Shown here piece by piece: positions 58,348 to 64,000 of a DNA stretch of 64,000 bases. Made by a program: the position numbers and the translations under genes. The notes beneath the pieces were generated by a model that was not told the DNA's origin, did not search any database, and was given only the letters and a program-made list of their open reading frames with translations. Position 1 is the first letter of the stretch. The number at the start of each line of letters is the position of its first letter. The DNA is taken from sequence record KJ019152.1. One strand, given 5' to 3'.

Positions 58348-58965
58348 TTGGAAAACATTATGACAGAAGCGACAGAAACCAAGAAACCGCGTAGCGCACG
58401 AAAGGCACGCAAACCAGCGGCACCCAAAGTCCCTACCTCCCTACCAAACAATCCTTTGATGTTTGAGATTCTTGACATGGCATCCCGTACTAGGGGTACT
58501 GAAAAGAAGGTAGATGTTCTCAAGAGATACGGGTGTGGTGCTCTAAAGGCACTATTCATCTGGAACTTTGATGAAACTGTAGAGTCTGCTCTACCACCAG
58601 GTGAGGTTCCCTACTCTGGATATGAAGAACAGCATGTATACAGCGGAACACTAACTGATAAGATTGAAGAGTCTTCACGTCAGATGTATGAGAATGGAAG
58701 TTTCTCATTGGGTTCTACTGATGCCAACGCTAAGACTACACTAAGAGCACAATGGAAGAACCTCTATCACTTTGTTGAGGGTGGTAATGGTGGTCTATCT
58801 AAAACACGTCGTGAGATGATGTTTATCAACCTCCTAGAATCTGTTCATCCCCTGGAAGCAGAGATCCTCATCCTAGTCAAGGATAAGGAACTTGACACCA
58901 AGTATAAGGTTCCCTTTGAGGTTGTAGAAGAAGCATTCCCCGAGATCCAATGGGGAGGACGTTGA
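58348..58965 (+). CDS. conserved cyanomyovirus hypothetical protein
   Basis: LFIWNFDETVESALPPGEVPY; RREMMFINLLESVHP. Start uncertain. Confidence 0.7.
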   Translation: MENIMTEATETKKPRSARKARKPAAPKVPTSLPNNPLMFEILDMASRTRGTEKKVDVLKRYGCGALKALFIWNFDETVESALPPGEVPYSGYEEQHVYSGTLTDKIEESSRQMYENGSFSLGSTDANAKTTLRAQWKNLYHFVEGGNGGLSKTRREMMFINLLESVHPLEAEILILVKDKELDTKYKVPFEVVEEAFPEIQWGGR

Positions 58966-58991
58966 CATAAATACAAAGGATATGTTATAAT
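58962..58991 (+). promoter_or_regulatory. sigma70-type promoter with an embedded late box
   Basis: TTGACA-18-TGnTATAAT; CATAAATA inside the spacer. Confidence 0.75.
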
Positions 58992-58998
58992 ATCCACA

Positions 58999-59086
58999 CG
59001 TTCAACCCACTTCGGTGGGTCGCAAGTAAGTCGCGGAACGGATTCGTTCATCCAGGAAACTGGACGCAAACGACTGAAGGAACGGG
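58999..59086 (+). ncRNA. tandem glutamine-riboswitch-like aptamers (glnA / Downstream-peptide class)
   Basis: Two CGTTCA-hairpin-CGCAA...GGAACG units directly upstream of a DUF4278 ORF. Confidence 0.72.
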
Positions 59087-59118
59087 TTTTAACTAACCTC
59101 AACTTCAGGAGTACTACT

Positions 59119-59286
59119 ATGAACACTCTCGCACTCATCAAAAAGCAGATCAACAAAGCTGCCGCACTTCACAACGCTCAGATTTCTCACACCGCCTATC
59201 GTGGTGTTGAGTATGATACTCATTGTGTAGAGTCTTCCGAGACACACGGCACTTTCTGCTACCGCGGACGCACTTATAACAAGTGA
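59119..59286 (+). CDS. DUF4278-family small protein (55 aa)
   Basis: AGGAG Shine-Dalgarno; two YRG motifs (YRGVEY, YRGRTY). Confidence 0.8.
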   Translation: MNTLALIKKQINKAAALHNAQISHTAYRGVEYDTHCVESSETHGTFCYRGRTYNK

Positions 59287-59307
59287 GTCCTAACTGAATA
59301 GTGTAGG

Positions 59308-59338
59308 AAAGGGAAGGACTTGTTTCTTCCCTTTTTTT
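59308..59338 (+). terminator. intrinsic terminator
   Basis: AAAGGGAAG...CTTCCC followed by a T-run. Confidence 0.8.
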
Positions 59339-59369
59339 GTGCTATAATATAAACAAGTATTCTATCATC

Positions 59370-59549
59370 ATGGACACAGACAAAGTAAAGTTTCTCATTC
59401 AATCCATAGAGGTTCTCATTGATGAACTAAAATCAGAAGTATATGCTGAGGGTGAAACTTTTAAAGTAAGTGAAACCCAGTACTCAGAGGAATCAGAAAT
59501 TCCAACGACTATAACAAACTTTTATCCTGAAGTGACGGACGATCTATGA
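59370..59549 (+). CDS. small hypothetical protein
   Basis: MDTDKVKFLIQSIEVLIDELKSEVY. Confidence 0.6.
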   Translation: MDTDKVKFLIQSIEVLIDELKSEVYAEGETFKVSETQYSEESEIPTTITNFYPEVTDDL

Positions 59550-60298
59550 AACCAGTCAAGGCAGATACACTCCTCAAACTAGATCCTCACCAGAAGGTTG
59601 AGATGATCCGTTGTACTCCCAACCCACAGCAACTTGTGTTTATGGGTGGTAAGAATGACTATAGTGAGTTGCCCATTGAAGACACCGACATTCCCCAAGA
59701 GAAGGAGTGTGGTGAGTGGGTTATTGAGCAACTCTTAGCGAACGAGAGAGGACACTGGGGACCCCTAGAACACCCCTCTATCACCTTCTCCTGTAGTGGG
59801 TTCGTTCATAATGTTATCGTTCAGGCAAGAACCCATAGAGTAGGTATTAGTTTTGATGTACAATCACAACGATATACCTGCAAGAGAATCATAAAAGTAG
59901 CAGAGGGGAAACTATCACCCCAGTCAGTATTCTATGTGAGACCTCCTGGTTTCTATACTAATAGGAAGGGGAAGAAGTACGAATGGATAGACGCAGACTA
60001 TCAAACTCAGTTAGGTCTCTGTCAGGCTGCAGCTGAACGATTTGCTCGTCAGTTTGAGAATGGTGTATCTGAAGAACACGCTCGTGATTATCTACCACAG
60101 AATATTCGTCAGAACTTTGTAGTCACCTTTAGTCTTCGTTCTCTCCTACACTTCCTAGATCTTCGAGCTAAACTAGATGCTCAGTTGGAAATCCAAGCTC
60201 TATGTGAGGCTATGATTGAACCTACTAAGACCTGGATTCCTGAAATCTTTGAATACTACTCAGAGAAAAGACTACACAGGGCAAGACTTGCCCCCTAA
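59546..60298 (+). CDS. thyX: FAD-dependent thymidylate synthase
   Basis: HWGPLEH, RTHRVGISFDVQSQRY, ARDYLP, FSLRSLLHFLDLR. Confidence 0.93.
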   Translation: MKPVKADTLLKLDPHQKVEMIRCTPNPQQLVFMGGKNDYSELPIEDTDIPQEKECGEWVIEQLLANERGHWGPLEHPSITFSCSGFVHNVIVQARTHRVGISFDVQSQRYTCKRIIKVAEGKLSPQSVFYVRPPGFYTNRKGKKYEWIDADYQTQLGLCQAAAERFARQFENGVSEEHARDYLPQNIRQNFVVTFSLRSLLHFLDLRAKLDAQLEIQALCEAMIEPTKTWIPEIFEYYSEKRLHRARLAP

Positions 60299-60326
60299 AT
60301 ATTTTTATGTCTAATGGAGGACTATT

Positions 60327-60569
60327 TTGGCGAAATTTGATGTGATCAATAAAGACACTGGGGAGACTAAAATCATTGATGTTAGTGTCCATGAAATCAC
60401 CCAGTGGTATGAAGATAATAAACCTTGGGTTCGTGACTGGTCACAGGGATGTGCTGGTGGAGGTGAGATTGGTGACTGGAGAGACACTCTAAGAAAGAAA
60501 GCACCAGGTTGGAATGATGTATTGGGTGTAGCCGCCTCACAGAGAGGCTCCCGAGTCAAGAAGCTCTGA
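60327..60569 (+). CDS. conserved hypothetical protein
   Basis: TTG start; PGWNDVL motif; lies between thyX and phoH. Confidence 0.6.
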   Translation: MAKFDVINKDTGETKIIDVSVHEITQWYEDNKPWVRDWSQGCAGGGEIGDWRDTLRKKAPGWNDVLGVAASQRGSRVKKL

Positions 60570-60594
60570 TTTTTAGTATTATTGTATAGTTATT

Positions 60595-61362
60595 ATGGCC
60601 GCTAGAAAGAAAAGAACATCTGCGAACTCCAACATTGGGGTAGGACTTACTACCAAGCAGATGAAGAGGAAGAAACCAATCAATAGTGACTTCCTCACCA
60701 GAATTGAACCCATGACGGATAACCAGAAGTTGTTATTCGATGAGTATGATAAGGGACAACACATTGTTGCCTATGGTTCTGCTGGTACTGGTAAGACCTT
60801 TGTAACCCTCTACAAGGCGTTGAAAGAAGTATTAGATGAAAGGACACCTTATGAGAAAGTATATCTCGTCAGGTCTCTTGTAGCAACCAGAGAGATTGGT
60901 TTCCTTCCTGGTGACCATGATGATAAGGTAGCTATCTATCAGATTCCATATAAGAATATGGTGAAGTATATGTTTGCAATGCAGACAGACTCTGACTTTG
61001 AAATGTTATATGGAAACCTAAAGTCACAAGAGACTCTAAGTTTCTGGAGTACCTCATTCCTTCGTGGTACTACACTAGACAAGGCAGTTATCATCGTAGA
61101 TGAGTTCCAGAACCTCAACGCACACGAACTTGATTCCATCATGACTCGTGTTGGTGAGGATACTAAGATTCATTTCTGTGGTGATGCAACTCAGTCTGAC
61201 CTTACCAAGGCGTCAGAAAGAACAGGTATCATGGACTTCATGGCTATTCTAGAAAGAATGCCCTCTATCAGTAAGATTGAGTTTGGTCTAGATGATATTG
61301 TTAGATCTGGTTTGGTTAAAGAATACCTAACTGCTAAGGCAGAGTCTGGTATTGAGATCTGA
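60595..61362 (+). CDS. phoH: PhoH-family ATPase
   Basis: GSAGTGKT, GFLPG, FLRGTT, IVDEFQN, GDATQSD, DIVRSGLVK. Confidence 0.95.
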   Translation: MAARKKRTSANSNIGVGLTTKQMKRKKPINSDFLTRIEPMTDNQKLLFDEYDKGQHIVAYGSAGTGKTFVTLYKALKEVLDERTPYEKVYLVRSLVATREIGFLPGDHDDKVAIYQIPYKNMVKYMFAMQTDSDFEMLYGNLKSQETLSFWSTSFLRGTTLDKAVIIVDEFQNLNAHELDSIMTRVGEDTKIHFCGDATQSDLTKASERTGIMDFMAILERMPSISKIEFGLDDIVRSGLVKEYLTAKAESGIEI

Positions 61363-61392
61363 TGTGGTATAATAGTATTGTCTTTACTATAG

Positions 61393-62073
61393 ATGATGCC
61401 ATTTATTCACAGCCCTATTGATCTACCAAACCTTGAGAGGTACCCTATCAACGGGGTTCGGTATTATAAAGTACCAGATGGAGATACACTACACACTCTA
61501 GTGTCAGTAACCTCTGTAACTTCACACTGGAAGGCAGACTTCTTCCGTAAGTGGAGAGCAAAGGTTGGTGAAGAGGAAGCTAATCGTATAACAAATAGAG
61601 CAACAACTAGGGGTACAGACATGCACCTACTAACTGAACACTATTTGAGGAACGAGACTCTACCAAAGGCAAAGGTTCCTATTGCCGATCTCCTATTCAA
61701 AATAGCCAAACCAGAGTTAGATAGGATCAATAACATCATTGTTCAAGAACAGGCAATGTATAGTTTGAAACTCGGTATTGCTGGTACTCCTGATTGTATT
61801 GCCGACTACAACGGAGAGTTATCTATTATTGACTTTAAGACATCTGCTAAACCCAAACCCAGAGCGTGGATTGAAGGTTACTTTGTTCAGGCATCAGCAT
61901 ACGCTTGTATGTTGTATGAACTCACAGGACTAAAGGCTAAGAACCTAGTTATTATTATGGCGTGTGAAGATGGTGAGTGTGTGGTATATGAAGAGCGTGA
62001 TATAATGAAGTACGCAAGACTACTTCACCAATACATTACCAAATTTGTAAACGACAAACTAGAGGAACTATGA
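61393..62073 (+). CDS. PD-(D/E)XK exonuclease
   Basis: SVTSVT, RGTDMH, AGTPDCI, IIDFKTS, QASAYA. Confidence 0.85.
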   Translation: MMPFIHSPIDLPNLERYPINGVRYYKVPDGDTLHTLVSVTSVTSHWKADFFRKWRAKVGEEEANRITNRATTRGTDMHLLTEHYLRNETLPKAKVPIADLLFKIAKPELDRINNIIVQEQAMYSLKLGIAGTPDCIADYNGELSIIDFKTSAKPKPRAWIEGYFVQASAYACMLYELTGLKAKNLVIIMACEDGECVVYEERDIMKYARLLHQYITKFVNDKLEEL

Positions 62074-62333
62074 GCAAAGAAGAGTTTAATAAAGTATTGG
62101 AGGAGAAGTTTATCACCCCCATTCATTTCTCCTATGAGGTGGAGAAGATTGTATTGAAGGAAAAGGTTAACTATATTGATGGTATCCTCCTCTATTGTGA
62201 GAGGGAAAGTATTGAGGTAGAAGCTATTCCCAAACTGATGACTAAACCCCTCAAGGAGAAGCTGAAAATTGATGCCAATCGCTTGAACTTTATGAAGTCC
62301 AGAAACTTCTCTATGGCAAAGTTACCACTCTGA
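62070..62333 (+). CDS. gp33: late-promoter transcription accessory protein
   Basis: NYIDGIL...LMTKPLKEKLKIDANRLNF; core T4 order gp33-gp59. Confidence 0.85.
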   Translation: MSKEEFNKVLEEKFITPIHFSYEVEKIVLKEKVNYIDGILLYCERESIEVEAIPKLMTKPLKEKLKIDANRLNFMKSRNFSMAKLPL

Positions 62334-62346
62334 TCTTTATTATTAT

Positions 62347-62961
62347 ATGATGTACATTCGAGGAACAGGTACAGTGAAACCATTTGAAGTTTATACAACA
62401 TACCTGGCTCTGAAACGCCATTTTAGTAGTTCCTACGATTATTTTAAGTATAGGGGAAAAACAAGGTGTTCTGAATCTTCCTTCTACTCCCGCAAAGACC
62501 GATACTTCTTCGAGCGCATGAGTAGGAAGCTTAGCGACGAAGAAGTAAAACTCTACTTCCTCTCTTGTTTCTTAGCAACTGATAACCCCTCTTCTATTTG
62601 GGTTGGTGAGATCATGAGAACCGGGGAGAATAACTTTAGAGAACTAGTCAAGAGGCATCAAAGTATGTCTTACATATTCACACAGGAGTGTGAGTCAATT
62701 TTTTCGGAACATAAGCTCCCAGAGGCATTCGACGCCACAATGGGTCACCCCCCAATTTTGAAGGGATATCTACGGGGAGAGGTGAGTATTGAGACTTTAG
62801 TGATACTCGAAATGATCTTTGGGTTCTCCAAGAACTTAGATCGTAAACTAAAAGATCCTGTATGGGACATAGTGTGTATGAAAATGAAGAAATACCGCCC
62901 GTTCCTGAATATAGCGTTAGATAAGTATAAGAAGATTCTAAGAAACATAGTGTATGTCTGA
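62347..62961 (+). CDS. gp59: helicase loader
   Basis: YLALKRHF..YDYFKY, RKDRYFF, EVSIETLVIL, KYRPFL. Start uncertain (GTG near 62376 possible). Confidence 0.9.
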   Translation: MMYIRGTGTVKPFEVYTTYLALKRHFSSSYDYFKYRGKTRCSESSFYSRKDRYFFERMSRKLSDEEVKLYFLSCFLATDNPSSIWVGEIMRTGENNFRELVKRHQSMSYIFTQECESIFSEHKLPEAFDATMGHPPILKGYLRGEVSIETLVILEMIFGFSKNLDRKLKDPVWDIVCMKMKKYRPFLNIALDKYKKILRNIVYV

Positions 62962-63561
62962 GAACAACAGAGCTATACTAAGTGATATAGATATGTTATA
63001 ATAGAAATAACTACACTCTTACTATGTGGTATGTGTATCTATATCTAAGAGAAGATAGAACCCCTTACTATGTGGGTAAGGGGACTAGAAATAGGTGCCA
63101 TGCCAAAAATAGAACCTGTGAGGTTCCCCCCGCCGATAGGATTACTATCGTAAAGTATTTCCAAGATGAAGATGATAGTTACGCGTATGAAGAATGGCTG
63201 ATAAGATTATACGGAATAAAAAGAACTGGTGGAATATTAGAAAATAAAACAATAGGTAGGAGTGGTAGTAAAACTCTACATAGAACCGAAACCGAGTTCA
63301 GAGAAAGAAGAAAGGAGGTTATGAAGAAATACAACCAAAGTGATAGGGGGAAGGAAACAAGACAAAATAATATGGAAAATATCAGAGCGAGGAAGAAAAG
63401 ATATGCGGAAAATAACAAAGAAAAGGTGAGAGAATACCAGAGAGAGTGGAGAAAGAAAAACAAAGAGAAGTATAACGAATACCAAAAGAATCTAATGAGA
63501 AAGAGGAAAGGTGTGGTATAATATATAAATACCAGGTAAAGCAATATAGTGTATGTCTGAG
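62947..63561 (+). mobile_element. GIY-YIG insertion bounded by a 16-bp direct repeat
   Basis: ATAGTGTATGTCTGAG at 62947-62962 and 63546-63561. Confidence 0.75.
63024..63521 (+). CDS. GIY-YIG (Seg-like) homing endonuclease
   Basis: YVYLYLREDRTPYYVGKG..R...EEWLI...ILEN; basic helical C-terminal repeats. Confidence 0.8.
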   Translation: MWYVYLYLREDRTPYYVGKGTRNRCHAKNRTCEVPPADRITIVKYFQDEDDSYAYEEWLIRLYGIKRTGGILENKTIGRSGSKTLHRTETEFRERRKEVMKKYNQSDRGKETRQNNMENIRARKKRYAENNKEKVREYQREWRKKNKEKYNEYQKNLMRKRKGVV

Positions 63562-63921
63562 TTTTTCGATTCCGAACAAGTACAGAAAGCTCTAAGTGAA
63601 ATAGCTTTCCTACAGAATAAGGTGATGGCATTCACAGTTGTTGCTGCCTTCGCTGATGAAGAAGAACAGAGAGAGAATATCATGACACTCAGATTACTTC
63701 TGAGCAAACAGGAAAACATGTATAACAGATGTGCTCTGAGCGATAGTGAAGAAGCTAAAGAGTTAATGATAGAAGTGATGAAACACTTCTCTGAGCATGA
63801 TATTCCTACAAATCAACCAATGGGTGAAGTATTCAAAGCAATCCGTGAAAGGGTTGATGATATTGAAAACGATCTCAACCGGTTCATAGAAGAAGGGGAA
63901 ACAGATCCCTGGTTCTTCTAA
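63553..63921 (+). CDS. DUF1825-like conserved protein
   Basis: MSEFFDSEQVQ...LLSKQENMYNRCALSD; usual position before gp32. Confidence 0.7.
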   Translation: MSEFFDSEQVQKALSEIAFLQNKVMAFTVVAAFADEEEQRENIMTLRLLLSKQENMYNRCALSDSEEAKELMIEVMKHFSEHDIPTNQPMGEVFKAIRERVDDIENDLNRFIEEGETDPWFF

Positions 63922-63931
63922 CACCAGTGGC

Positions 63932-63960
63932 TTGGCATCCAACCTATTATCCTGTATAAT
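63932..63960 (+). promoter_or_regulatory. sigma70-type promoter for a gene beyond the window
   Basis: TTGGCA-17-TATAAT. Confidence 0.7.
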
Positions 63961-64000
63961 AAACAAGTTCAGCCGTTATCCAACGAATCCAAACAATCCT

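Noticed and set aside
61393-62073. Cas4/CRISPR link
   Set aside because: Ordinary core PD-(D/E)XK exonuclease position; no array or other cas gene in the window.
63179-63719. Hydrophobic minus-strand ORFs
   Set aside because: Antisense reading of the A/G-rich, Lys/Arg/Glu-coding GIY-YIG tail.
1-64000. tRNA genes; diversity-generating retroelement for the fibre genes
   Set aside because: No cloverleaf recognised in intergenic DNA, and no reverse transcriptase or adenine-biased template/variable repeat pair seen. A tRNAscan-SE run would be needed to exclude tRNAs firmly.

Overview
64-kb segment of a large T4-like cyanomyovirus, probably infecting marine Synechococcus (psbA plus psbD, hli, petF, talC, thyX, phoH, gp33, gp59, T4 late TATAAATA and sigma70-type promoters). 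All credible genes are on the + strand. Order: glycan biosynthesis/modification cluster (0.3-10.3 kb); photosynthesis genes with an orphan fibre gene (10.3-17.7 kb); small ORFs, a pilin cassette and talC (17.7-25.6 kb); giant structural/fibre genes (25.8-54.5 kb); more glycosyltransferases and a DUF285 protein (54.5-58 kb); core genes (58-64 kb). Main observations: (1) a 3967-aa protein whose 31 repeat domains are split into N-halves and C-halves that pair like balanced brackets, nested up to 8 deep, implying a branched out-and-back fibre; (2) an HNH cassette that cut off the native psbD start and supplies its own promoter and a recoded D2 N-terminus, with 13 of 16 four-base palindromes absent; (3) a likely GDP-colitose pathway next to GT11 and GT6 blood-group-type transferases; (4) a phage type IV pilin cassette; (5) a GIY-YIG insertion flanked by a 16-bp direct repeat. 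All family assignments come from motif recognition by eye and all counts were done by hand; no searches were run.
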